Origin: an uncultured Candidatus Saccharibacteria bacterium
GTDB taxonomy: Bacteria; Patescibacteriota; Minisyncoccia; Phycocordibacterales; UBA12088
NCBI GenBank assembly: GCA_964383505.1
Contig: CAYLHB010000002.1
Span: forward strand, 1 to 61,811
Reading direction: 5' to 3'
Length of the DNA: 61,811 nt
The position numbers were made by a program, and so were the translations under genes. A model generated the notes under the pieces. It was not told the origin of the DNA. It worked only from the letters and a program-made list of their open reading frames with translations, and did not search any database. Shown here piece after piece: positions 35,147-43,917 of this stretch; the stretch's first letter is position 1, and each line of letters begins with the position of its first letter.

Positions 35147-36541
35147 ATGGAAACAACACAAAAGCCAGCGGCGGGTCTGGCACAAGGAATAGACCCCACA
35201 GCGATAAAATACTGCCTCTATGCCCGGAAATCGACCGAACAAGAGGATAAACAGGCCCTATCGATAGATTCGCAGGTGCGCGAAATGGTTGCCCTTGCAG
35301 AACGAGACGGGCTGGAAATAGTGGAGATTAAGCGAGAATCACATTCCTCGAAAGAAGTAGGTCAACGACCCGTATACAACGAACTGATTAGTGAAATCAG
35401 ACAAGGTAAGTTCAACGGGATACTCACTTGGGCACCAGACCGACTCTCTCGCAACGCTGGCGACCTTGGAAGCGTCGTTGACTTGATGGATCAAAAACTC
35501 CTTCACGAGATTCGCACATATGGACAGAAGTTTACGAACAACCCGAACGAGAAATTCTTGCTAATGATCCTTGGGTCGCAAGCTAAGCTCGAAAATGACA
35601 ATAAGATGGTGAACGTGAAGCGAGGACTCAGGGCACGGTGCGAAATGGGTCTGTGGCCTTCTGTGCCGCCAACTGGATACTTGAGTCACTCGGACAGAAA
35701 CAGGAAGTGCGAGGTTATGATCGACGAACTACGTGCACCCGTCATCAAACAGATGTTTGAGAAAGTAGCATATGACGGGTGGTCGGGACGAAAGATCTTT
35801 AAGTGGCTATCGCATGAAATGCGGTTCACAACAAAGCATGGGAAGGCGCTGACCCTGAGTAATATTTACTTAATTTTTAAGAGTACCTTCTACTACGGCG
35901 AGTTTGAATATCCAAAAGGAAGCGGTCAATGGTACACAGGAAAACACGACCCAATCATCACCATGGACCTCTTCAACCTCGTCCAAAAGCAGGTCACCAC
36001 TGATCATCTGGTACGGGCGCAGGACAAGGAATTTGCGTTCACTCGTATGATAACGTGCGGGCTTTGCGGGTCAGGTGTGACCGCTGACGAGAAGTTCAAG
36101 AAACTAAAAGATGGTACCCTCGCCCGCTACGTGTACTACGGATGTACGAAGTTCAAAGATAAGAATTGCCCGTGCGGATACCTACGTGAAGATGACCTGA
36201 TTGAACAGCTCGCCAACATTCTCGACACGGTGGCGCTCGACGAGATTGGTATGAAAGACAAAATCAAAGCTGAGATCGAATCACACAATGAATTTCAGGA
36301 GTCGGTGCTTGGGCAGAAATCAGCAAAGGTGAAGGTGCGGGAGGTAGACATTAGGAACTACGCGAAGCACATTCTACATAAGCGGCCGATTTATGAGAAG
36401 CGAGGGCTGCTCAGTTGCTTAAAAAGCAGGCTGGTTCTTGCAAACAAAAGTATCTTTCTACTTAACAACACTTCTTGTAACAGCGCAGTCCCAAATAAGT
36501 CGAGAACCGTCACTCACTTCGCCAAAGGCGATTGCGCTTAG
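35147..36541 (+). CDS. Large serine recombinase (integrase)
   Basis: Resolvase catalytic segment CLYARKSTEQED...SIDSQ and WAPDRLSRN. It has a recombinase domain and a zinc ribbon CGLCGS...YYGCTKFKDKNCPCG. The ORF is open from the GTG at 35123. Confidence 0.85.
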   Translation: METTQKPAAGLAQGIDPTAIKYCLYARKSTEQEDKQALSIDSQVREMVALAERDGLEIVEIKRESHSSKEVGQRPVYNELISEIRQGKFNGILTWAPDRLSRNAGDLGSVVDLMDQKLLHEIRTYGQKFTNNPNEKFLLMILGSQAKLENDNKMVNVKRGLRARCEMGLWPSVPPTGYLSHSDRNRKCEVMIDELRAPVIKQMFEKVAYDGWSGRKIFKWLSHEMRFTTKHGKALTLSNIYLIFKSTFYYGEFEYPKGSGQWYTGKHDPIITMDLFNLVQKQVTTDHLVRAQDKEFAFTRMITCGLCGSGVTADEKFKKLKDGTLARYVYYGCTKFKDKNCPCGYLREDDLIEQLANILDTVALDEIGMKDKIKAEIESHNEFQESVLGQKSAKVKVREVDIRNYAKHILHKRPIYEKRGLLSCLKSRLVLANKSIFLLNNTSCNSAVPNKSRTVTHFAKGDCA

Positions 36542-37144
36542 GTCAACTCCCACCAGATCATCTTTTGACCTACCTTTTAGATACCGTGGGGACACTTGCA
36601 ACGTGCCCCTGAAAGGGGTCGGTATATCTATCTCCCTGTGTATCACAAGCACCTTTTCTCCATTGTTCATTTGAATAGCACCGACTTCGTGTGCGTTCTT
36701 AATAGTATGTATGGTTGTTTGTGCACCGACTATCAGAATCATTATGTCTGTTGCTTTGTTCTCTGACGCTCTAGGTATTTTGATGATCGTCCTTCCATCC
36801 TCGACGAATGCCGTTTTCACGGCACTGCTCGGAGTGATGATATGAAAGGCTAGAGTTATGCCTGGTTTTAGTTCTTTCGGTCTCGTCCATTTCTGTATAT
36901 ATCGGTCGGTTCCAATAGGACTGATCTCTTTGATATCACGATTGAAGACGTGCTCTGGATAAGCAACATGCCATTGCCCTGTCGGATGCATGCTTGCATG
37001 AATAGCTCCGCGTAACTCGCGACAGAGAAGGTAAAGCTCGGGCAGACCAGATTTGGCACTAATCTGGTATCGCAAGTGCCACGTAGCGGCACGTTGATTG
37101 CCATCGACTACACCAAATCGTAGCGCGATGTTCATGGCCAACAT
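36458..37144 (-). CDS. Hypothetical protein (228 aa)
   Basis: ORF that ends a three-gene minus-strand unit. I recognise no family. Confidence 0.45.
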   Translation of the reverse strand: MLAMNIALRFGVVDGNQRAATWHLRYQISAKSGLPELYLLCRELRGAIHASMHPTGQWHVAYPEHVFNRDIKEISPIGTDRYIQKWTRPKELKPGITLAFHIITPSSAVKTAFVEDGRTIIKIPRASENKATDIMILIVGAQTTIHTIKNAHEVGAIQMNNGEKVLVIHREIDIPTPFRGTLQVSPRYLKGRSKDDLVGVDLSAIAFGEVSDGSRLIWDCAVTRSVVK

Positions 37145-37150
37145 AGATTC

Positions 37151-37570
37151 CTATATGATATCAGGTAGTAGTCCATATCCCTGAAGAACGTAAATTGCCG
37201 CAACACCAAGTGTAGTTGCAAAAATTACCAAAACCCCGTACCTACTCATTAGCCACGTAAGAATTCTTTCTTTTCTCGGACCCCAACCACCATTCCATTT
37301 GTACCCAACAATCGCAACAAAGTAGACTGCCGCCGTCAGCATAATAGCCCAGTTGAGCACGCTATGCGTAAGAAAGAATGGCAGGTTCTCATAGGTAGGT
37401 TCTGGTAGCAAGAAATAGTTGAGTAAATCATCGACAGTATTATTTATAGCAAAAATGCACCACACTATAGTTAGCCAAAGGTAGTCGCGGTGTTTGTACT
37501 TCTTCCACCAAATGTAAGACCAGATGGTCACGACTATGCCGACGATCGAGAAAAAGAATTCTACCAACAT
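37151..37570 (-). CDS. Small integral membrane protein (about 4 TM helices)
   Basis: Hydrophobic segments FFFSIVGIVVTIWSYIW, LWLTIVWCIFAI, WAIMLTAAVYFVAIVGY and VLVIFATTLGVAAIYVL. Confidence 0.55.
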   Translation of the reverse strand: MLVEFFFSIVGIVVTIWSYIWWKKYKHRDYLWLTIVWCIFAINNTVDDLLNYFLLPEPTYENLPFFLTHSVLNWAIMLTAAVYFVAIVGYKWNGGWGPRKERILTWLMSRYGVLVIFATTLGVAAIYVLQGYGLLPDII

Positions 37571-37573
37571 AAG

Positions 37574-37996
37574 TTACCGGAAGACATCACTAGTGTTCCG
37601 CTTTCCTGTGATAATATCGATAACGGCTTCACGATGAGCGTCGAGCACAGGGTGTACCCAAACGCCTTCTCCAATCTTTCCTCCACCCATGCCTCCAGCC
37701 ACAATGTCACCAACGTCATGTGGTTCGTATACAATTCTTCTCGTATCATCCTCGTTGTGTGGCCAAACTATGGCATCCAATGAGTGCAACAATCTCTGCA
37801 ACTCATTTTCAGAGCACATGATCAGTCGTACTGGTGCAGTTGCATAAATCGTCCCACCGTCATCTCCTTCGAGTACTGCATACCCATTAGGAATTTCGCG
37901 AGCTGACCCTAGGTTGTCTACTGCGATATACTCTTTACCATTACTTAGCGCCATAAGATATCGAAGTGGACTTCCGTGTAATAACCGTTCTTTCAT
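37574..37996 (-). CDS. Hypothetical protein (141 aa)
   Basis: ATG at 37996 (MKERLL) preceded by ACGGAG. It is 3 nt upstream of the membrane-protein gene. Confidence 0.45.
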   Translation of the reverse strand: MKERLLHGSPLRYLMALSNGKEYIAVDNLGSAREIPNGYAVLEGDDGGTIYATAPVRLIMCSENELQRLLHSLDAIVWPHNEDDTRRIVYEPHDVGDIVAGGMGGGKIGEGVWVHPVLDAHREAVIDIITGKRNTSDVFR

Positions 37997-38011
37997 AGTG
38001 ACTCCGTTATA

Positions 38012-38044
38012 ACACAAATCCACCCTATTGGGTGGATTTGTGTT
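38012..38044 (-). terminator. Hairpin terminator closing the tRNA-Gln trailer (right repeat copy)
   Basis: Minus strand has CACAAATCCACCC-AATA-GGGTGGATTTGTG. Confidence 0.55.
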
Positions 38045-38181
38045 CTGGCTACTGCTCTCAGCAGGTATGCAATTTCAGAATAGGATCGCGTGATTCCTGA
38101 AAGTTCGTGCCCATGACTGATGCCTAAAACTTTCTGGCCGAAACGACGTTTTTAGCCGTCTCGGTAGGTCTCACTACGCTG
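38041..38181. repeat. Right imperfect direct repeat of the island / conserved tRNA-Gln trailer
   Basis: 33/34 identity with 13028-13061, then patchy identity (CCCATGACTG, CCGAAACG, TTTAGCCGTCTC.GTAGGTCTCAC) up to the tRNA-Gln 3' end. Confidence 0.7.
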
Positions 38182-38252
38182 CTGCCGGACTAGGACTCGA
38201 ACCTAGATAAACGGAGCCAGAATCCGTTGTCCTACCATTAGACGATCCGGCA
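38182..38252 (-). tRNA. tRNA-Gln (anticodon CUG), no encoded CCA
   Basis: Minus strand reads TGCCGGATCGTCTAATGGTAGGACAACGGATTCTGGCTCCGTTTATCTAGGTTCGAGTCCTAGTCCGGCAG. It has the U1:A72 pair typical of bacterial tRNA-Gln and anticodon loop TTCTGGC. Confidence 0.85.
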
Positions 38253-38326
38253 AAAAGTGGCGGCGTGCTCGCGCACGCCGATAGTACCACTATTTGTGAT
38301 GTATGTCAGTCTTTGTAAGAACGAAT

Positions 38327-38845
38327 TTATACTACATTGCTCTCGGGATAATCCGTCGTATTGGGAAAGATGAGGTAACCCATGTGCTCTGAACGAGGAC
38401 TGTCCTCCCTCCTCGTAGGAAATTGGAGCACTACCCCTCCGACCACATCTGCTGACCTCCCTGTTATCGCACACTTCGGCTCAGTGAAGGTCGTACGTAT
38501 TCTGCGCACGCGCCGCATAATCCTACCGGTTCGTCGCAAATGCGCGGGTGAGCATGCAGCAAGTTGTTCGATGTTTGCACCTTCTGGTGGGATTCCGAAG
38601 GAAGCACAGAGGGTCGTAAACGAAAACGGACATTCGGTGAGTAGCTTGATTGTGCTCCAATCTTGCCCTACTTCTGTACGCCACTTCATCGACCACACAT
38701 CCGGGAAGCCGAAGTGCGAGAACATAATGAGGAGTGTCGCATGCGCAAGATCTTTGACGGGCTTCGCAATTGATTCATTAACTGAAAACGCAAGTGTGAA
38801 CGTACTCCCTCCAATGAGGAGGTTGGCAGGCATTTCTGGCATCAT
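38327..38845 (-). CDS. Hypothetical protein
   Basis: ATGATG at 38845/38842 preceded by AAGGAGG. A competing plus-strand ORF (38382..38861) has no comparable RBS. Confidence 0.35.
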   Translation of the reverse strand: MMPEMPANLLIGGSTFTLAFSVNESIAKPVKDLAHATLLIMFSHFGFPDVWSMKWRTEVGQDWSTIKLLTECPFSFTTLCASFGIPPEGANIEQLAACSPAHLRRTGRIMRRVRRIRTTFTEPKCAITGRSADVVGGVVLQFPTRREDSPRSEHMGYLIFPNTTDYPESNVV

Positions 38846-38955
38846 GGACCTCCTTGTCTGAACGGAGCATACCCTACCCACAAAGAGATGCAATAGTGTA
38901 AGAATCGTGGTCACCGCACGTCTCGGCGGTAGGTGAAACAGTGAGGAGTTGAGCA

Positions 38956-39360
38956 TTGCGAAGCGCAATTCGCACCCGTACCTTGGGCATTTTGGGATTG
39001 GCCGCCGGACTTCTTTTTTCGGCACTCGTGGCTGTTCCTAAGCAGGCTCAAGCAGGTTTTCTTCCGCCCCACACAGTTAAGCGTCTCGTACAGGAGACAT
39101 TCCCTGACGCACCCATCATGGTGCGTGTGGCGAAGTGTGAGAGCAATCTCATGCATCGAAAACCCGATGGCACGCTCGTCCGAAGCGCAAGGAACGCAAT
39201 CGGCATTATGCAGATTCACGTTCCCGCACACATGGACGATGCCCGAGCACGGGGAATAGACATCACCACACCTGAAGGTAATCTTGCGTGGGCGCGCATC
39301 CTTTTCAAACGCGAAGGACTGCGCCCATGGAAGTCTTCACGTTCTTGCTGGAGCAGATAA
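38956..39360 (+). CDS. Secreted lytic-transglycosylase-like protein
   Basis: The TTG start is preceded by GAGGAG. Signal peptide LGILGLAAGLLFSALVAVPKQAQA. VAKCESN...IGIMQI resembles a goose-type/SLT catalytic region. Confidence 0.55.
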   Translation: MRSAIRTRTLGILGLAAGLLFSALVAVPKQAQAGFLPPHTVKRLVQETFPDAPIMVRVAKCESNLMHRKPDGTLVRSARNAIGIMQIHVPAHMDDARARGIDITTPEGNLAWARILFKREGLRPWKSSRSCWSR

Positions 39361-39442
39361 ATGTTCTTTTTTGGGAGGTGCAATGAGGAAACGCGCGCGG
39401 GGCCGAGACAACGGCCCCGCTTTTCATACGAGTGGAAGGGTT

Positions 39443-41104
39443 TCAGTTGCCGTACTCTGCCGCAGCCTTCACGAAGCCTGTAAACAACGGGTTGGGGCGG
39501 AGCGGTCGGGCCGTGAACTCGGGATGGAACTGGGTGCCAAGGAAGAAGGGGTGGACGTTTTGCGGGAGCTCGGCGATTTCCATGAGCACCCCATCGGGGC
39601 TTTTCCCTGAAAATACAAGCCCTGCGTGCGTGAGCTTTTCAATGTAAAGTGGATTCACCTCATAGCGATGACGGTGACGCTCCTCGATTTTCTCGGCACC
39701 GTAGAGTTTTCGTGCGATAGTCCCCTTGCCAAGCTCCGCTGGATACGCACCGAGCCGCATGGTGCCTCCGTAGTTTTTCTTTTTCATGAGCTCTTTCTGC
39801 TCGGGGAGGATGTCGATCACCGGGTGCGCGGTGGCAGGGTCTATCTCTGTTGTGTGTGCTCCGGTAAGACCAAGCACGTGGCGGGCATACTCCACCACCA
39901 TAAGCTGCATGCCGTAGCAGAGGCCGAAGTAAGGCACCTTATGGGTACGTGCATACTCAATCACATTAATCTTCCCCTCGATACCTGTCTCTCCGAACCC
40001 GCCCGGCACGAGAATACCGTCGTAACCCTCGAGTGAGCCCTTCGGCACCCCCTGTGTGTAGTCTTTCGCATTGAGCCAATGAATGAAAGGCTTTTTCCCC
40101 TGCGAGTAGCTTGAGTACTTCAAGGACTCAAGGACTGAGAGGTACGCATCAGAGAGGACGAAGTCGCCGGTGTCGAAGTACTTACCTACGACCGCGATCG
40201 ATACCTCGTCTTTGGCCTGCTTGGTCTTGCGCACGTAGCTTCTCCACGCCGAGAGCTCAGTGCTGTTTCGAGGCTTCACTCCAAGACGCTTCATAAGGAG
40301 GTCGGAAAAACTGTCCTTCTCGAAGTTGAGTGGCACATCGTAGATACTTTCCACATCGGGTGCACTGATGATGTGCTCCTCGGGCACGTTGCAGAAGAGG
40401 GCGAGCTTCTCCTTGCGCTTCTTGTCGAGCGGTCGGTCGGCCCGCGCAATGAGGAAGTCGGGATGCACGCCCGCGCCGTCTATGGTGCGCACCGCGTGCT
40501 GGGTGGGCTTCGTCTTCATCTCCCCTATTTTCGATGGAACGGGCAGGTAGCTCACCATGACCGTGAGCACGTCTGCTGGCCATTCGAGCTTGAGCATGCG
40601 CACCGCTTCGAGAAAGAGGATGTTCTCGTACTCACCCACCGTGCCACCAATCTCAACCACCACCACCTCCGCTTTTGCACGCGTCGCGGCCCGTTTGATG
40701 CGTGCGATAACCTCAAGCGGAATGTGTGGCACCACCTGTACACACCTGCCTCCGTAGCCAAGATTGCGCTCGCGGGCAATGACGCTCTCATACACGCGAC
40801 CCGTCGTCATGTAGTTGTCACGGGTGAGGTCGACCCCGAGGAAGCGCTCGTAGCTCCCCATGTCTTGATCGGTCTCATCGCCGTCATGGAGCACAAACAC
40901 CTCGCCGTGCTCGGTAGGATTCATCGTGCCGGCGTCCACGTTGATGTAGGGGTCTATTTTAAGCGTGGTCACCGCGAGCCCACGGGCCTTGAGGAGCATA
41001 CTTATTGATGAGGTGGCGACACCCTTCCCCACGCCACTCATCACACCGCCGACGACGAAAATGTACTTGGTGCTTCGGCGTCGGGATCTAACGGAGGTGC
41101 TCAT
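39443..41104 (-). CDS. pyrG: CTP synthase
   Basis: 553 aa. KYIFVVGGVMSGVGKG N-terminus and glutaminase triad region GLCYGMQL...HRHRYE. Confidence 0.95.
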   Translation of the reverse strand: MSTSVRSRRRSTKYIFVVGGVMSGVGKGVATSSISMLLKARGLAVTTLKIDPYINVDAGTMNPTEHGEVFVLHDGDETDQDMGSYERFLGVDLTRDNYMTTGRVYESVIARERNLGYGGRCVQVVPHIPLEVIARIKRAATRAKAEVVVVEIGGTVGEYENILFLEAVRMLKLEWPADVLTVMVSYLPVPSKIGEMKTKPTQHAVRTIDGAGVHPDFLIARADRPLDKKRKEKLALFCNVPEEHIISAPDVESIYDVPLNFEKDSFSDLLMKRLGVKPRNSTELSAWRSYVRKTKQAKDEVSIAVVGKYFDTGDFVLSDAYLSVLESLKYSSYSQGKKPFIHWLNAKDYTQGVPKGSLEGYDGILVPGGFGETGIEGKINVIEYARTHKVPYFGLCYGMQLMVVEYARHVLGLTGAHTTEIDPATAHPVIDILPEQKELMKKKNYGGTMRLGAYPAELGKGTIARKLYGAEKIEERHRHRYEVNPLYIEKLTHAGLVFSGKSPDGVLMEIAELPQNVHPFFLGTQFHPEFTARPLRPNPLFTGFVKAAAEYGN

Positions 41105-41110
41105 GGCGGC

Positions 41111-42034
41111 TTAGACGTGGAGGTACTTTTTTACTGCAAGGAAACTCGAGATAGCTCCGAGGAGCATGCCCGTGCCGATAATGGCGAGAAAAATGGGGCC
41201 AAAATGCGATGTGTAATACACAAAGAGGTTGAAGTCGCCGAAAAATGCCATTGTCTTAGGACCGAGCCAGAAGGTGATCGGATAAAACAGGACGAGCGTC
41301 ACGATACCCGCCACAAACCCATACATGATTCCCTCAAACACAAACGGTCCGCGGATGTAGAGGTCTGAGGCGCCCACGAGTCGCATGACCGCGATTTCTT
41401 CCCGCGCGATGTAAATCGCCATGCGTATCGTGTTGAAAATGATGATGATTGAGGCAGCACAGAGAAATCCTGTCACCACAAGACCAAACCGCTCAATGCC
41501 GTCTATGATGCGCGTTAAGCTCTCAATGGCGGCGCGATTGTCGTTATAGTTTACCTTTGCGATGAGTTTTTCCTCGTTCTCTCCAAGTACACTCTCATCA
41601 GTAGAGAAGAAGGTGTTAAGTGCCTCATAGTAGCTGGGGTCTTTCGCCTTCACTGCAAGCGATGCTCGCAGAGGGTTGTCGGGAAGCTCACGAATCGCCT
41701 GGAGCTCTGTTTCATCGTTTTTATGACGCTCAAGAAAGCGTATGAGCGCTTCATCGCGTGAAATGTACTCAACACGCTCCACCTCGGGTTTGTTTTCAAG
41801 AATACTCTTGAGCGCAAGAACTTTTTCCTCGGGTGCCGTGGTGACGAAGTAGACGTTCACATCCACCTTGTCCTTCAACAGCTCAAGCGACGTGGTGAGA
41901 ACCGCGTTAATAAAAATAAGTGAACCCATCACAAAAAGCGTGATGGTCATCACCACGATGGAGGAAAAGGACACAAACCCGTTCCGCCAGAAGCTCACGA
42001 ACCCCGCCTTGATAATGCGTTTGAGTGCCAGCAT
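41111..42034 (-). CDS. ftsX: Cell-division permease-like protein FtsX
   Basis: ATG at 42034 (MLALKRIIKAGFVSFWRNG), four TM segments, directly downstream of ftsE. The longer ORF overlaps ftsE. Confidence 0.85.
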   Translation of the reverse strand: MLALKRIIKAGFVSFWRNGFVSFSSIVVMTITLFVMGSLIFINAVLTTSLELLKDKVDVNVYFVTTAPEEKVLALKSILENKPEVERVEYISRDEALIRFLERHKNDETELQAIRELPDNPLRASLAVKAKDPSYYEALNTFFSTDESVLGENEEKLIAKVNYNDNRAAIESLTRIIDGIERFGLVVTGFLCAASIIIIFNTIRMAIYIAREEIAVMRLVGASDLYIRGPFVFEGIMYGFVAGIVTLVLFYPITFWLGPKTMAFFGDFNLFVYYTSHFGPIFLAIIGTGMLLGAISSFLAVKKYLHV

Positions 42035-42038
42035 GGTG

Positions 42039-42719
42039 CTACAACACGTACCGCCCCGTCGCATCGTCACGCACCACTCTGCCCGAGTCCATGGTGATGA
42101 CACGTCGCCCCAGTGAATCAATGACCCCCTTATTGTGCGTCGTGAGGAGGATAGTGGTGCCAAGGTCGTTGATTTTTTTAAGAATTTGCACCACCTCGTA
42201 GGTATTGATGGGGTCGAGGTTACCGGTCGGCTCATCAGCGATGATAACGTCGGGCTGATTCACGATTGCGCGCGCTATCGCAACACGCTGTTTCTCTCCG
42301 CCCGAGAGCTCGTGCGGGAAGCTCCACATTTTATTGCCAAGATCCACCAGGTCGAGCACATGTGGCACATCTTGCGCTATCTCTTCCTCAAGGCGCCCCG
42401 CCGCCTCCATTGCAAACGCGATGTTCTCGTAGGTGGTCTTGTGCGGGAGGAGTCGAAAGTCTTGGAATACGGTGCCTATCTTTTGGCGGTAGCGGTGGAG
42501 GTACCCGCGACCTATTTTATGGATATTGGTCGATTGAAAGTACACCGCCCCATCGCTCGGATGCTCTTCGGCGAGGAGGAGCTTTAGGAGCGTGGTCTTT
42601 CCCGCTCCTGAGTGCCCCACAATAGAGACGAACTCGCCCGGGGCGACCGAGAGCGTGACGTCGTGGAGCGCCCTCGATTCATTCGTGTAGTACTTTGAAA
42701 CCCTGTCGAAGTAGATCAT
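42039..42719 (-). CDS. ftsE: Cell-division ATP-binding protein FtsE
   Basis: Walker A GHSGAGKTT, signature LSGGEKQR, Walker B VIIADEPTGNLD. ATG at 42719 (the ORF's earlier start is TTG). Confidence 0.9.
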   Translation of the reverse strand: MIYFDRVSKYYTNESRALHDVTLSVAPGEFVSIVGHSGAGKTTLLKLLLAEEHPSDGAVYFQSTNIHKIGRGYLHRYRQKIGTVFQDFRLLPHKTTYENIAFAMEAAGRLEEEIAQDVPHVLDLVDLGNKMWSFPHELSGGEKQRVAIARAIVNQPDVIIADEPTGNLDPINTYEVVQILKKINDLGTTILLTTHNKGVIDSLGRRVITMDSGRVVRDDATGRYVL

Positions 42720-42857
42720 TGTGCAAATGTACAAGGAATATGGCGGTATCGTTGTAGTGGTGAGATGGCCTATGCACCGCGTTCCCCACCACTTTCATAC
42801 TCCCTGCCTCCCACAGAGGTAGAGTATACCATATCTTTCTCTGCACACGCACAAATA

Positions 42858-43742
42858 CTATTCATTCGTGAGCGACCGTCCTGCCTCAAGAAAAGCGTCA
42901 AGTTCACCCCGCTCAAGCACCGCTTCGGTGTTGCTCGTCTCTACGTTGGTACGATGGTCCTTCACCATTTTGTACGGGTGGAGCACGTAGGAACGAATTT
43001 GACTTCCCCACTCTATTTTTCCCGGGTCGGTCGAGAGTTCCGCGAGGGTCTCCTTGCGTTCTTCCTCCATGCGACGAATGAGCTTCGCCTCGATGATCGC
43101 GCGGGCTTTCTCTCGATTTGCCTGCTGGGAGCGCTCGCCGTGCACGTGTACCGAGAGACCGGTGGGGGTGTGGGTGAGGCGCACCGCCGTCTCGCGTTTG
43201 TTCACGTTCTGCCCGCCCGGTCCCGATGAACGGGCAAACTGCACCTCAAAATCCGCCTCAGGTATTTCGAGGGTTGTCTTTTCAAGCACGGGGAGCACCT
43301 CTACGAGCACGAAGGAGGTGTGGCGCTTTGCTGAGGCGTTGAAGGGGGAGATGCGCACGAGTCGGTGCACGCCATACTCGCCCTTGAGGGCACCGTACGC
43401 GGCTTTCGCCTCAACTTCGAGCGAGAGGTTACGGTAGCCACCGTGGTCGTTCTCATGCTCGTGGAGAATGTGGAACCCCCATCCCTTCCTCTCGCAAAGC
43501 TTTGCGTACATACGAAAGAGCATGCCGGCAAAATCCTCTGCATCGTCGCCACCAGCTCCCGAGTAGATTGCGAGCACCGCACGACATCTGTCGAGTGGAT
43601 CGCCGCCGTCCGCCCGCTCTTTGAGCTCCTGCAGCTCACGAATGAGCGCCTGTGCGTGTTGCGAGTCTTTCCAAAAATCCGGCTCACACATAGCCTGTTC
43701 GAGTTCGGCGATGCGGTTTTCTCGTTCATTAGTATTTGTCAT
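42858..43742 (-). CDS. prfB: Peptide chain release factor 2, short form without a programmed frameshift
   Basis: SPF tripeptide (ISPFNA) and GGQ (SGPGGQNVN). 294 aa in a single ORF. Confidence 0.85.
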   Translation of the reverse strand: MTNTNERENRIAELEQAMCEPDFWKDSQHAQALIRELQELKERADGGDPLDRCRAVLAIYSGAGGDDAEDFAGMLFRMYAKLCERKGWGFHILHEHENDHGGYRNLSLEVEAKAAYGALKGEYGVHRLVRISPFNASAKRHTSFVLVEVLPVLEKTTLEIPEADFEVQFARSSGPGGQNVNKRETAVRLTHTPTGLSVHVHGERSQQANREKARAIIEAKLIRRMEEERKETLAELSTDPGKIEWGSQIRSYVLHPYKMVKDHRTNVETSNTEAVLERGELDAFLEAGRSLTNE

Positions 43743-43917
43743 GGGGCTTCCCTTACTACTGCTAGCACCTTCTTTTTAATTTTTCACGTCAAGTCTCTTC
43801 AAAAGAAATCTCCTTATACTTCACATTACGTCCGTGATTGTACCAGAACCGCAGCACCCTGTCTCTTCAAAACATTATTGAGTCCCTACATAGGACGAAC
43901 AAGGCAGTAAGGTGGTC

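Larger units (their letters stand above)
13028..38073. mobile_element. ~25-kb AT-rich integrative/defence island adjacent to tRNA-Gln
   Basis: It is bounded by the direct repeats. It contains a large serine recombinase, TerS/TerL, DNA methyltransferases, a type I R-M system and an IS256 copy. Its composition differs by eye from the flanking xseA and pyrG regions. Confidence 0.6.

Noticed and set aside
38170-38186. GCA GCA GCG TAG TGA (Ala-Ala-Ala-stop-stop) just 3' of tRNA-Gln, reminiscent of a tmRNA tag end
   Set aside because: There is no tRNA-Ala-like acceptor/T-arm pairing, no resume-codon context and no pseudoknots. The paralogous copy at ~13180 lacks the motif, so this is a coincidence.
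38382-38861. 159-aa plus-strand ORF opposite the 38327..38845 candidate
   Set aside because: It has no RBS and no family match. The minus-strand frame has AAGGAGG before its ATG. Neither is strongly supported, so only the minus-strand call is listed, at low confidence.
40373-41008. Long antisense ORFs inside G+C-rich genes (e.g. 40373..41008 in pyrG, 1540..2127 in murF, 6947..7714 in rel, 8639..9331 in parB, 49581..50255 in thrS, 57284..58288 in the GT2 gene)
   Set aside because: These are typical shadow ORFs of high-GC coding DNA. In every case the opposite strand encodes a protein with unambiguous family motifs.
42858-43917. Possible programmed +1 frameshift (CTT TGA C) and missing upstream exon for prfB
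   Set aside because: No CTTTGAC-type site or in-phase short upstream ORF is visible in 43743-43917. The 294-aa ORF already contains the SPF and GGQ motifs, so it is read as a naturally short RF2.
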